A DNA stretch of 41,725 nt from Octopus bimaculoides (GCF_001194135.2 NC_068998.1:6353839-6395563), one strand, 5' to 3'; positions 11,851 through 24,185 are shown, numbered from the stretch's first letter. The notes: generated from the sequence alone by a model not told the origin. A program made the numbers and translations.

Positions 11851-11994
11851 TATGTGGTTATCTATATTTATGATTACTGCTAGCAAAGCTAGCAATACAT
11901 GTTTTTGCTTGTTACTGGTGGGGTTTTACGTTGGTGAGTTAGTGAGAGATGAATTGAAACTCGATTATAGAAAATTCATTGACACTCTGTCGGA

Positions 11995-12263
11995 AGAGCT
12001 TGCGCGTGAAATAACGTGCAAGTGGCTGAGTACTCCACATACCCTTAGTACCCTTAGTTCTCTAAGAGATTCAGCGAGACAGAGAATGTGACAAGGCTGG
12101 CCCTTTGTATTACAGGTACAACTCATTTTTGCCAGCTGAGTGGACGGGAGCAACCTGAAATATAGTGTCTTGAACCAATGAAACAATGCGCCGGTCGGGA
12201 ATCGCACTCACGACGTTACGATCGTGGGCCGATTACCCTGACCACTAAGCCACGCACTTTCAC
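11995..12263 (-). mobile_element. tRNA-derived SINE family C (CORE-like)
   Basis: Minus head GTGAAAGTGCGTGGCTTAGTGGTCAGGG...GTGAGTGCGATTCCCG, then a CORE-like block CAAGACACTATATTTCAGGTTGCTCCCGTCCACTCAGCTGGCAAAAATG. Confidence 0.85.
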
Positions 12264-13514
12264 ATAAAATTCATTATGTTCATAGCAAAGAATGAATACT
12301 CAATAGATATCTGTATAATATATTCTGCGTATCAACGGTGTTTGTGTGTTGGTGTGTTTCGCATTAAGCAATTTTAACTTATAAAAACGAAATCTAAGAA
12401 TTAACGAAATCATTAATGATGAAACAGGCTCAAAGTGCTTTGCTTTAAGCAATCTTAAGTATGGAAGAAAATCAGAGATATAATAGAGATATTTAACAAA
12501 ATGAAACACGGTTAATCGGTACGCTTTAAGCAGATTAAGTATGGAAGAAAATCAAATATAATGATCTTGAACCTAACCTTACTACCTAACCTAACTTCCT
12601 CTAAATTGAAATTACTGCTATCTTAAACCTCCTTCTAGAAAGAAGAAAAAATAGAATATATAGAAATTAAATTCCTGCTTGATTCACTAGACTGTTAATT
12701 AACAGCCCAGTCAAGATGGTATTTTCTTCATCTCCTACTCTTGTATTTGCACAAATGACTTTCTGAAATGAGCTTCCATTATGCAGCTGAGGAGTACATT
12801 TTCATTGCACATCTTATGTGGTGTTCTCACTACATAAATAAATGAAGTTTGTACGAAACGTACGTACTACTGTAACCTAATACATTTTTGTTGCTTTTCT
12901 TCAAATATATATATATATATATATANNNNNNNNNNNNNNNNNNNNNNNNNNNNNNNNNNNNNNNNNNNNNNNNNNNNNNNNNNNNNNNNNNNNNNNNNNN
13001 NNNNNNNNNNNNNNNNNNNNNNNNNNNNNNNNNNNNNNNNNNNNNNNNNNNNNNNNNNNNNNNNNNNNNNNNNNNNNNNNNNNNNNNNNNNNNNNNNNNN
13101 NNNNNNNNNNNNNNNNNNNNNNNNNNNNNNNNNNNNNNNNNNNNNNNNNNNNNNNNNNNNNNNNNNNNNNNNNNNNNNNNNNNNNNNNNNNNNNNNNNNN
13201 NNNNNNNNNNNNNNNNNNNNNNNNNNNNNNNNNNNNNNNNNNNNNNNNNNNNNNNNNNNNNNNNNNNNNNNNNNNNNNNNNNNNNNNNNNNNNNNNNNNN
13301 NNNNNNNNNNNNNNNNNNNNNNNNNNNNNNNNNNNNNNNNNNNNNNNNNNNNNNNTTTATTCTCGAATTCGATGGACATGTAGCTGTAAGCAAGGCGACA
13401 CAAGAAATCTCAAGTGCGACTTTTTTTATTGATCTCATCTGGATCTCATCTGTGAACTCTATTATTTGTAATTATGTATACATATATATGTATATGTGAG
13501 CGTAAATAGACACG

Positions 13515-13529
13515 CATACACACACACAC

Positions 13530-13591
<62 letters not shown>
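13515..13591. repeat. (CA)n-(GATA)n microsatellite
   Basis: Direct tandem repeats. Confidence 0.95.
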
Positions 13592-13951
13592 GTACGCATG
13601 TGTGAGCTTTCAAATTAACACAGAATCATGTTTTATAGACTCTATTTCAAATCGTATATATTTGCTTGTAAATATGTTTGTGTAAGAGTACATTTATCGG
13701 TATGAGAGCGACTTTACGTGTGATGTAAAACAATGTGAGTTATTCATTTTGAAGTATTACTTTCTTGGCAACAATTTCTGAGGAACGTCACCCATTTCGT
13801 ATTTGCAGAACAAATTATGTCCACGAATCATCATGTCTTCCGGAAAGACATCGTTTCTAATGAAATAAGAATTTTTATTAATTCGAATGTATGTCACTGC
13901 CAGACGACAAGTAGAAACAAGAGCGGGAGAAAAGAAAGACAACCAGCTATC

Positions 13952-14151
13952 TTTTCTTTTCTCCTCTAGGCACAAGCGCCGAAATTTTGGGGGAATGGGC
14001 CAGTCGATTAGATCGATCCCAGTACGCAACTGGTACTTAATTTATCGACCCCGAAAGGTTGAAAGGCAAAGTCGACCTCGGCGGAATTTGAACTCAGAAC
14101 ATAAAGACAGACGAAATACAGCTAAGCATTTCGCCCGGTGTGCTTAACGTT
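13952..14151 (-). mobile_element. SINE family A, well preserved
   Basis: Central domain and tail GCGCTTGTGCCTAGAGGAGAAAAG on the minus strand. Confidence 0.9.
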
Positions 14152-14225
14152 TTCTATTTCTTTATTGCCCACAAGGAGCTAAACATAGAGGGGACAAACA
14201 AGGACAGAAAAGAGGATTAAGTCGA
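14152..14225 (-). mobile_element. Isolated alternative 3' tail of SINE family A
   Basis: Reverse complement matches the tail at about 8601-8670. Confidence 0.8.
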
Positions 14226-14384
14226 CGAACCTTATCTACTTCACCCAACACCCTGCAGCTTACAAAAACTGACATTGCAAGGTGTAGTCCACGATACACT
14301 ATTCTTGCTGAAAGACTGACTGGATTGTCTCAGCTTGAATGCTTCTGACCAGAGGTTCACTGTGTCAGAGCCGATATGAGGTTA

Positions 14385-14670
14385 GACAATAACAACAATA
14401 GCAACAAGAAGAAGAAGAATAGCAGCAAAAATAGCAACAACAACAGCAATAACTACGACAATAGTAGCAACATCAACAACATTAGCAACGACAAAAAAAT
14501 AACAAGAGCGACAACAACAATAACAACAAAACTAAGAAAAGCAGTCGTAACAATAGTGACAATAAAAACAACAACAATAGCAAGAGAATAGCAACAACAA
14601 CAATAGTGACAATAATGAAATCGCAACAGTGCACAGCAACCCCAAAACGACAACAAAATATAACAATAGC
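14385..14670. repeat. Degenerate (AAC/AAT/AGC)n low-complexity tract
   Basis: Decayed trinucleotide repeats. Confidence 0.85.
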
Positions 14671-16129
14671 AGGTAAAAGAAGAGTGCGCTGCATAATATA
14701 GAAAGGCAACGATACAAAAGAAGGTTGAAGAAATACGGGAGAAAAAAATATATATTCTCGAAAAAAATCAATAAATTATCTGGCTGTTATTGGCAGGAAA
14801 AGCAGCAAATAAGTGCATAATGATTGTTAAAAAATTCGATATTTTTATGTCTACGGTATATTGGAAATGACATAATATGAACCGATTCATTGATACTGAT
14901 CAAAAATTGATTGAACAGAAGCGAAGTTGCACGAATAAGTGAGAACTAAATGAATAAGAAAGGAATAAAATAAATGAAAATATTATTGTTAATCATGAAT
15001 TGCCAATTTGCTTTCGAGAAGATGGCTAGATGGACGGGAGGATGGAGAGGTATATAGAAAGATTGAAGGGTGGATCGACGGATAGCGAGGTGGATAGATA
15101 GATGGCTGGCTGGATAGATGGACGGATAGAGGGATGCATAGATGGATGGTGAAAGAGAACTTCTATAATTCTGTTGGCAGGATTGTTTCGTTTGTAAAGG
15201 AACTGTCAGAGATGATAATAGAATTAACCTTGTTATCTATAAGATATTTATCAAAGCAGGAACTTTGAAAAGTAAATATTGATTAGCATATATATATATA
15301 TATGTAAGACGGTTGATTTAAATAGTTTCGTACATAAAAGGGCTGAATCGTTCAGAGAGCGAGGAGAAATATGAAACCGTATTGTGTAGAAGTTTCTGAA
15401 TAATAGTGTAGAGGATGTAGAATAAGGATACTGCATATGTGAAACGAACTGTAGAAATATTTTAGGGACAACTTTTAAATTATTACGTGTTCCCGTTCTA
15501 AATTTTTACAACACAACCAATTATTTCTTACAATACAGACATGATGCTTCTGGCAACAATATATTACTTGGATACTTTTAACGATGTTCATTTTCGTCTG
15601 TTTGATATAGGGGCAGATGTAAAGGGATACATTTTAACGATATCAATTATCGTCTGCTAGATATGGTTGGGAATTGACTCCAAAACAAACCACACAGAAG
15701 AAAATTTAAACACACCATCTTCAGTTTTTATTATATTTTGTCAATCTTTTATGGCATATCATCAATCTTAACAAACAGGCGAATGCTCATAAAAGAATAT
15801 TATAAATAGACAGTTAAATTTAGCTCCAATCAGATAAAATGGGCCTGCTTTCATTGTACACAATATTGATATAAGAGATTGTGACCTACAATTATTTCTA
15901 ATATCATCTTATCAATGATGATTTTTATCAATAGTCGACAACTTTATGTTTACGAAAGCCAGTTACCAATTCCAAAGTGGCGACTTTATCGGTTAAACTC
16001 ACATGGCCTTATTAAGAGACTTAAATACGCAGCAGCGTGATTGGGCTTTGTACAAGAATCATTATATCTTCCACAAAATTAAACTAGATGAAAATAAATT
16101 TCACTGAAACGAATTTTGTAAGAAAAGAT

Positions 16130-16900
16130 TGCATAGCAAGATTTGATTAATAAAAACCATTCCATAGACACATTAGATGTAATTGTTAAACAGAACTATT
16201 CAGTGTGAGATTATGAATAGAAGTATTTGATAGTAATACCTGTGGAATCTCTTTATGGAAATATTTCGTAGAAAATATTGTTAGAAAAATTTATCAGAAA
16301 CGCTTGAAAGAAACATTTGGAAGCAATGTTTGATATAATTGTTTGAAAGAAACGATGGACAGAAACGTTTGCAAGAAGCGTTTGATAGAAACGTTAGAAA
16401 AGTGTGGGATGGATATACCATAGAAATAGTCGATGGAGACATTTATAAAATGTTTGAAGTAACTGTATGATTGAGACGTTTGAAAAACAGATATAGAAAT
16501 GTCTGATAGAAATGTCTGTAAGAAATATTTTGCAGAAAGGGTTGAAAGAAATATTTAAAAAAAATTTTGTCACAAATATTTCATAGCAGTAATTGTAAAA
16601 AATGTTTGGTGATATGTTCGGAAGAAGTGTTTAAAAGAAATGTCTGACGGGAATATTTGTTTGAAGCAACCTTTACAAAGCGTTTAGCAAAATTATTTGT
16701 CAAAAAATAGTCGACAGGAATCATCATCATCATCGTCGTTTAACGTCCGCTTTTCATGCTGGCATGGGTTGGACGGTTTGACTACAAAATGGCAAGCCGG
16801 GAGGCTGCAAAGGAAAAAAATATTTCATCGACTTATTTTCCTAAAACGTTTTGACAAAAATATTCCATAGGGACATTTTGTATTTTGCTGAAATGTGCTT
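16130..16900. repeat. Cryptic 13-bp minisatellite, consensus about GAAA(C/T)GTTTGA(T/A)A
   Basis: Units start in exact 13-nt phase at 16271, 16284, 16297, 16310, 16323, 16336, 16349, 16362, 16375 and 16388. Outer limits are approximate. Confidence 0.8.
16720..16809 (-). mobile_element. Retroposon (RTE-type) 3' tail fragment inserted in the minisatellite
   Basis: GC-richer ATCATCATCATCATCGTCGTTTAACGTCCGCTTTTCATGCTGGCATGGGTTGGACGG block, a (GAT)n tail on the minus strand, interrupts the 13-bp array. Confidence 0.55.
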
Positions 16901-17171
16901 GGAAAGATTAAACACAAATTTGATAAAAATGACAGAATGATTTGATACCGTAGCTACTGAATATTCTGCTCATTACATAATCAAGATAGCAAATATTATA
17001 ATCTCTACCACAAACTTAGACTCACGAATATTTCAAGTCAGTCAAAGGTAGAAGCTCGGCTAGTTTTATGCCAGATTCTAGTACAGCGAATATGGTACGT
17101 CACTGATATATATCATATAAGTTAAAGCATAAAATCATTTCTCGGAGATACAGCTGTTTGACTGCGGACAT

Positions 17172-17273
17172 TCATACATACATACATACATACATACATA
17201 CATACATACATTCATACATACATACATACATACATACATACATACATACATACATACATACATACATACATAC
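17172..17273. repeat. (TACA)n microsatellite
   Basis: Direct tandem repeat. Confidence 0.97.
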
Positions 17274-17279
17274 AGTATC

Positions 17280-17490
17280 AATACTTTTTCTTCCTCCTCT
17301 TGTTTCTCCTCTTCTTCATCCTCTTGTTCCGCCTCTTCTTGTTTTCCTTTTTCTTCCTTCTCTCCTGCCCCCTTCTCCCCTTCTCCTTCTTCTTCTTCTC
17401 CTTCCTCTTCCTCTTTTTCTTCCTTCTCTTTTCTTCTCCTCCTCCTTCTCCTCCTTCTTCTTCTTCTTCTTGCTCCTCGTCTTTGTTGTT
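17280..17490. repeat. Polypyrimidine (CTT/CTC)n low-complexity tract
   Basis: Almost purine-free on the + strand. Confidence 0.9.
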
Positions 17491-17674
17491 CTTCCTCACA
17501 ATATGCGTTAGGAACCTATGCTTTCTATGGGAAGAGATAGATAACTCCTTACTCGACTTTTGTCTATTTCTATAAGAGAGAGGGGAGAAGAAAAAGAAGA
17601 CGAGAGATAAAGAGAAAGAGAGAGGAGGAAAAAGTACGAAGGGAGAGAATGAGAAGAAACGATCCTATTATTCT

Positions 17675-17800
17675 ATTGGTCTTTTATTATTTCCAAGAGA
17701 AAAGGTGACGCTGACTTCAGCGGGATTTGAACTCAGAATGCAGAGAGCCAGAATATATACCGCAAGGCATTTCATTCTGTTCGACACTCTAACCGATTCT
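17675..17800 (-). mobile_element. SINE family A, degraded
   Basis: GACTTCAGCGGGATTTGAACTCAGAATG...CCGCAAGGCATTT. Confidence 0.65.
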
Positions 17801-18209
17801 GATAATCAATCACCTGATCCTCAGCTTTGATTACTGGACCTTAATTGCACTTAATCATATTTTTAATGGTCAATTAATTACGTTAGAAATTTCAATTTTT
17901 CAAAATTGCCCGCGTATGATTGCGAATTAACGGCAGTTAATTAATTAGTGTTAAGACCACCATATTAGCCAGAGCAACAGTAGCAACGGCAACAATAACA
18001 ACAACAACAATAATGATAGTGATTATTGTGGAGGTGCTGAAGATAATGATGATGAGGATGATGAGGATGATGATGATGATGAGGAGGAGGATGATAACAT
18101 AATTAACAGTAGAAATTATAAACAACGATGATGATGATGCTGCTGATAATAATGAGAACAACAACAACAAAAACCAGCAACAACAAGAGGGAGATGAAAA
18201 AGATATTAG

Positions 18210-18226
18210 TGATGATGGTGATAATT

Positions 18227-18269
<43 letters not shown>

Positions 18270-18395
18270 CGATGATGATGATGACGATAATGATGATGAT
18301 GACGATGATGATGATGATGACGATGATGATGATGATGACGATAATGATGCTGATGACGATGATGATGATGATGACGATGATGATGATGATGACGA

Positions 18396-18425
<30 letters not shown>
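18210..18425. repeat. (GAT/GAC)n microsatellite
   Basis: Direct tandem repeat; source of the poly-M, poly-D and poly-S ORFs. Confidence 0.97.
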
Positions 18426-18426
<1 letters not shown>

Positions 18427-18455
18427 CGTCGTAATTGAAGTAATAATAATGGTAG

Positions 18456-18655
18456 TGGTTTCAAACTCTGATCCAAGGTGAGCGAGTTGGGGTAGGCGGG
18501 TGGAAGTTGATGACATCGAACACCAGTGTTCAGCTGGTATGTATTTTGTCGACTCCGAAAGGGTGAAAGGCAAAGTCGACCTCGGCGGAACTTGAACTAG
18601 GAACATAGCGACGGGCTCAGAACACAAAGACGGATGAAGTGCCGCTGCTAAGCAT
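18456..18655 (-). mobile_element. SINE family A, head truncated
   Basis: AAAGGCAAAGTCGACCTCGGCGGAACTTGAAC central block and tail. Confidence 0.82.
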
Positions 18656-18656
18656 C

Positions 18657-18903
18657 AAGAAGAAGAAGAAGAAGAAGAAGAAGAAGAAGAAGAAGAAGAA
18701 GAAGAAGAAGAAGAAGAAGAAGAAGAAGAAGAAGAAGAAGACGACGACGACGACGAAGAAGAAGAAGAAGAAGAAGAAGAAGAAGAAGAAGAAGAAGAAG
18801 AAGAAGAAAAATAAGAAGAAGAAGAAGACGACGACGACGACGACGAAGAAGAAGAAGAAGAAGAAGAAGAAGAAGAAGAAGAAGAAGAAGAAGAAGAAGA
18901 AGA
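18657..18903. repeat. (AAG)n microsatellite with (GAC)n interruptions
   Basis: Direct tandem repeat; source of the poly-K and poly-L ORFs. Confidence 0.97.
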
Positions 18904-19559
18904 TTATGTTGATGATTTCGCATATGAAATACGCACCGTTGCATAAGTTATATTTTTGCTAACAATTCTCATAATGGTGCCATTTACTTTCTGACTTGTA
19001 GTTTATGATATTATAGTTTTTTTCTTTTCTTTTCCCTTTTTGTTTTATTATTTTTGCCTCAAGGTAACAGATTCTTCGTAGAATTTGCGTGTCTTTTCTC
19101 CGCTTCTTTTAATAAGTTTAAAAACAGATTTATTTTATGTTTGTATTTCATTGAGATATTGTTAATGAAAAAAAATTATCGTTGGTTTTGTCAAGGGACG
19201 CAATTTATTCATTTACCATTCGAAATATCAGCAACAAATGTCATTTTAATTTAGACTGAACTTTGAGAACAAAATAAGGAAAAAAAAAAACTGCAAATAA
19301 CAGATAATACAAAAATTATAATAAATAAAACCGAAAATGATTTTAAAAGACATAGATAATTATATTAAATGGTGCTTTTTAAGGCACGAGATAATTTTAA
19401 GCTTTTAATTTGCTGTGTCAAGACTGGACACGTAAATGGAATGGACATCAGTAACTAATAATTATCCAGTTAATCAAGAAATATTCCGCTAATTGTTTTC
19501 TAAGTTAATAAGAGAAAAGAAAATATAAAGGAGACGTCAGTGCTAATTACGTAACCGAA

Positions 19560-19782
19560 GTAGGTTTGATTACGTTCTCGTAACTTAGTGGTTAGGCGAA
19601 AGTGAACGATATAATAAGTCCCAGGCTTAAAGAGTAAGAAGTGCTGGGGTCGAATTGTTTGAGGCTTTGGTCGGACCATGGCTATATTAAAAGACAATTG
19701 CCCAAGGTGCCACGCAGTGTGATTGAACCCAGAACCATGTGGTTGAGAAGTAAACTTCTTACCACACAGTCACACTTGCGCT
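19560..19782. mobile_element. SINE family B, two pieces in opposite orientation
   Basis: About 19560-19655 matches the family B 3' half on +; about 19656-19782 matches the family B head on -, compared with 41365-41717. Confidence 0.72.
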
Positions 19783-19929
19783 TATATCATGGTCAAGTAT
19801 CTATTAGTTTTGGCTCTGGTCAACTTATGAGAAATTGGTTTAATGGAAACTCCGTAGAAGCCCTCACGATTTCTAATATTCGTGTTGAACCTTGTCACGT
19901 TGTAACGTTGGATCCCCCTCAGGATTAGA

Positions 19930-20250
19930 TTAACACTTTTGTTATCACAGCTTCTGCTCAAATTTGTTACATTTGTTTCAATTAATTTTGAAAATAATGA
20001 GGAATTTAATAAAATAATCCTGTCATTATTAAGCTGGTGTTTGAAACATTAATTAATATGAAATTTTTGTGAAAATTTTTAATTCTCGAATTTTTTTGTT
20101 ACAATGATGGCATATTCTGTTGAAGGATTCTACGTTTCCTCAAATAATTTTGCAAATAATGAAGAATTTAGCGAAGTAACCACCATATAATTAAGGTAAT
20201 ATTTAGAACAAAGATTAACACGTAATTTTACTGGAAGGTTTTCTTCAACC
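19930..20250 (+). mobile_element. Two tandem diverged partial copies of an AT-rich MITE-like repeat
   Basis: AATTAATTTTGAAAATAATGAGGAATTTA (about 19980) recurs as AAATAATTTTGCAAATAATGAAGAATTTA (about 20142); the first copy starts TTAACACTTTTG. Confidence 0.5.
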
Positions 20251-20260
20251 TCATTGTTCA

Positions 20261-20385
20261 ACTGGTTATATATCGTCGCCCCAGAAAGATAAGCGGCCGA
20301 GTCGACCTCCGCGGAATTTGAACTCAGGACGTAATGAGCCGAAAGAAATGCCACTAAGCATTTTGTACAAGACCTCATCGCCTCC
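20261..20385 (-). mobile_element. SINE family A, degraded
   Basis: GTCGACCTCCGCGGAATTTGAACTCAGGACGTA...CTAAGCATTTTG. Confidence 0.75.
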
Positions 20386-20710
20386 ATCAAGTTCGATAAT
20401 AACAACCTCTATGTAGTCTTACAGACGATTTCAAGACCGTGTTAGATGTTAAGCATAAAGCTGTATCAAGCGTTTAGTTTAATTCTATAGAAAAAAATAT
20501 TATTCCGAAAGCGTTGACAATATGAAATGTTTTCATGTTTTGTGTTGGCGTTTCAAAATCTAAATCCTCGTATTTCTACGTAGAAATCCTTAAAAGCAAT
20601 ACTTGAAAAAGACTGAGTAAACAAAAATTTGAGTCGGGCTACTTTCAAATTTTGGAAATCTAATATACTTTGTTGGAGATGGTGGCGCAAAATTGTATCG
20701 TGTGTTATTC

Positions 20711-20772
<62 letters not shown>

Positions 20773-21023
20773 NNNNNNNNNNNNNNNNNNNNNNNNNNNN
20801 NNNNNNNNNNNNNNNNNNNNNNNNNNNNNNNNNNNNNNNNNNNNNNNNNNNNNNNNNNNNNNNNNNNNNNNNNNNNNNNNNNNNNNNNNNNNNNNNNNNN
20901 NNNNNNNNNNNNNNNNNNNNNNNNNNNNNNNNNNNNNNNNNNNNNNNNNNNNNNNNNNNNNNNNNNNNNNNNNNNNNNNNNNNNNNNNNNNNNNNNNNNN
21001 NNNNNNNNNNNNNNNNNNNNNNN

Positions 21024-21095
<72 letters not shown>

Positions 21096-22614
21096 CAGAG
21101 AGAGAGGGTTATAGACATACGCGTACACACATGAGCACATATAAACATATATGTGTGTGTGTGGGTGGGTGTATGTGTGCGCGCGTGAGTGTGTATGTTT
21201 GTGTGTGTGTCCCTGTTTGTATATATATGTACTATGTATATATGTATGTACGTATATATGTATATGTACACACAAACCTATACAACAAATCGACACCATG
21301 TCCAGCGATCATATACCCCACAGAATTTCAATCGATCGTAATCTGTGTTGAAAAAATTCAAAAGAATATGTTTACTTTACAATGTCAACATAGCTTACAA
21401 CACCTCAAACATTTTATCAACTTGAAAGATTGCATTTAATAAAGTCCCCATAGGAAAGTTTTTTTTTTTGTGCTGGCGAAGAGCAGAGAGGAGGAGAAGA
21501 CAGAATGTGATACGTGTTCTTACAGGAACGTGTAGAATGTAACTTGTAGCAAAATTATACGGTCATTAAATTTGGTTTGGACACACACACAGATACGCAC
21601 ACAGACGCACAGACACACACACACACACACAAACAAATGCATAGACACACATACACCAACTCATAGACACACAGAAACACACACAGACACAGACACACAC
21701 ACACACTTAGGTATATAATGTTAAGATCCAAGGATCAAGGTGTAGGAAGTAAGTGAGTTTCAAACGATCTCCGAAAGGCAATGTAAACTGCATATAATCA
21801 GAATAGCCCGCGGTATATACCTGCTTGGATAACTATTACTTCCGAGGTTCCGCTCGCTATGGAACATCTGCAACCCGGATTTTATCTACTCCATTCCTTA
21901 ATTTTGGGATTTACATAGAGGTACATATATGTATGTATATATGCATATATGCATATATATANNNNNNNNNNNNNNNNNNNNNNNNNNNNNNNNNNNNNNN
22001 NNNNNNNNNNNNNNNNNNNNNNNNNNNNNNNNNNNNNNNNNNNNNNNNNNNNNNNNNNNNNNNNNNNNNNNNNNNNNNNNNNNNNNNNNNNNNNNNNNNN
22101 NNNNNNNNNNNNNNNNNNNNNNNNNNNNNNNNNNNNNNNNNNNNNNNNNNNNNNNNNNNNNNNNNNNNNNNNNNNNNNNNNNNNNNNNNNNNNNNNNNNN
22201 NNNNNNNNNNNNNNNNNNNNNNNNNNNNNNNNNNNNNNNNNNNNNNNNNNNNNNNNNNNNNNNNNNNNNNNNNNNNNNNNNNNNNNNNNNNNNNNNNNNN
22301 NNNNNNNNNNNNNNNNNNNNNNNNNNNNNNNNNNNNNNNNNNNNNNNNNNNNNNNNNNNNNNNNNNNNNNNNNNNNNNNNNNNNNNNNNNNNNNNNNNNN
22401 NNNNNNNNNNNNNNNNNNNNNNNNNNNNNNNNNNNNNNNNNNNNNNNNNNNNNNNNNNNNNNNNNNNNNNNNNNNNNNNNNNNNNNNNNNNNNNNNNTGT
22501 GTACGTGTGTGTATGTGTATATATGTGCACGTGTGTGTGTGTATGACTTTGTGTCTGCATCTGTCACCCACCACCGCTTCACAACCAGTGTTGGTTGTGA
22601 ACAATGGAATAATA

Positions 22615-22672
22615 TTATAGCATCGGGCTGACCAAAGCCTCGTGAGTGGATTTGATAAGAAGCCCATCGTAC
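22615..22672 (+). mobile_element. SINE family B internal fragment
   Basis: TATAGCATCGGGCTGACCAAAGCCTCGTGAGTGGATTTG matches the reverse complement of about 41580-41625. Confidence 0.7.
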
Positions 22673-23223
22673 AAAAGTCTATGTGAACGTGTGCGTGTGT
22701 GTGCGTGTGTGTATGTGTGTGTGTGAGTGCGCGCGTGCGTGTCCGTGTGCGTGAGTTGGGTGTCTGTGTGTGTGGTTTTGGTTTCAATTTTCTTTATTTA
22801 GGTGTTTGATGTGAAACCTTGCATTGAAAGAGATATTCTTGTTGTCTACTGGGCAGCGGCGGGAAGATGTCAAGCAGGAACGGCCTGCCTGCAATTTCCG
22901 TCTAGTTTTATAATGAATTAGCTAATTAGCTAATTATTAATCAAATTGAAGTGAAATACAATTAGTCAATGTCTTTGATTCCGTCGCAGAATGATCTTCC
23001 CTAAATATAGTCACAACACGCGCACACATGAACGTACGCGTACACACACAGATACACATTCACACACAAACACACGCGCACAAACACACACACAAATGAT
23101 GAGTGTTTTTATAAAAAGTTATATATAAAAACTGTTAAATCGAAGGATCACTCCGTACGTCTGAAGATATGTGCATATATATATATACATACATATATAT
23201 ATATATATATATANNNNNNNNNN

Positions 23224-23255
<32 letters not shown>

Positions 23256-24185
23256 CATATATGCATATATATAACAGGAAATTGTAATTTTGTGATGTTA
23301 TTTATTCACCATTACAAGTGTTTCATTTGCTAATAGGAATTACAAACTTATATTAGATAGACATGAAGGAATTTTCTATTAGAAATTCTTCAGACAGAGA
23401 AAAAACAATACAACTGGTAAATAACTGGGATATAACCTAACTACTTATATAATATCTATATGTGTGTGTGTGTACATACATATATGTTTGTGTGTATGCA
23501 TGCGCACAAGTGTGTGCGCGCGCGAGCGCTTGTATGTATGCATGCATATTCATATAAAATATATACACATATATATAGTCAGTTGATGAGAGAGAGGTAA
23601 GCTCGGTATATCACTAGAACGAAATTTGACTTTGCATTTTATCGTTTTCGAGTCGCTACGATAAGCACCAGTGTGTTATTTGTGTAATGCTAGTTGTGTT
23701 CCTCTGTTGGGATTTGGCCTGCTGATGGTTGTTTATTTTATTGGATATTTGCTATATAGAGTGTGTCTCGTGTTTGTGGATTGTTTTGTTTAGGTTGTAT
23801 TATTGAATTGATAGTATATTGTTGTTGTTATTATTATTTATATGATGATGATGATCATCATCATCATGATGATTATGATGATGAACATTGTTTTTGTGGC
23901 TGTGGTTTTTGATTTTTGATTTAAAAGTTCAGAGTTTTATGATTTTATATATTTTGCAGTATCTGTAAAGTAACAACACCATCGACGATTACAATTGCAT
24001 ATATCATGCTTATTGCCATTTTTCGTTTTGTCGTTGATGTAGTTGTTGATATCGTTGACGTTAAATATATGATGTTCGAGGTTATAATTTATTTAACAAA
24101 GGAAAAAGAGAAAAGCAAAAACAAAGACAGATTGGATAATTTCATACATTACAGTTCAATGATTCCCATTCCTAGTAAATTATAT

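Noticed and set aside
12570-12600. CCTAA repeats as interstitial telomere
   Set aside because: Only two or three imperfect units, and not the TTAGGG motif expected in molluscs.
21290-21345. Possible minus exon YDRLKFCGVYDRWTW after a TTTTTTCAACACAG acceptor
   Set aside because: Very short, with no partner exon or homology.
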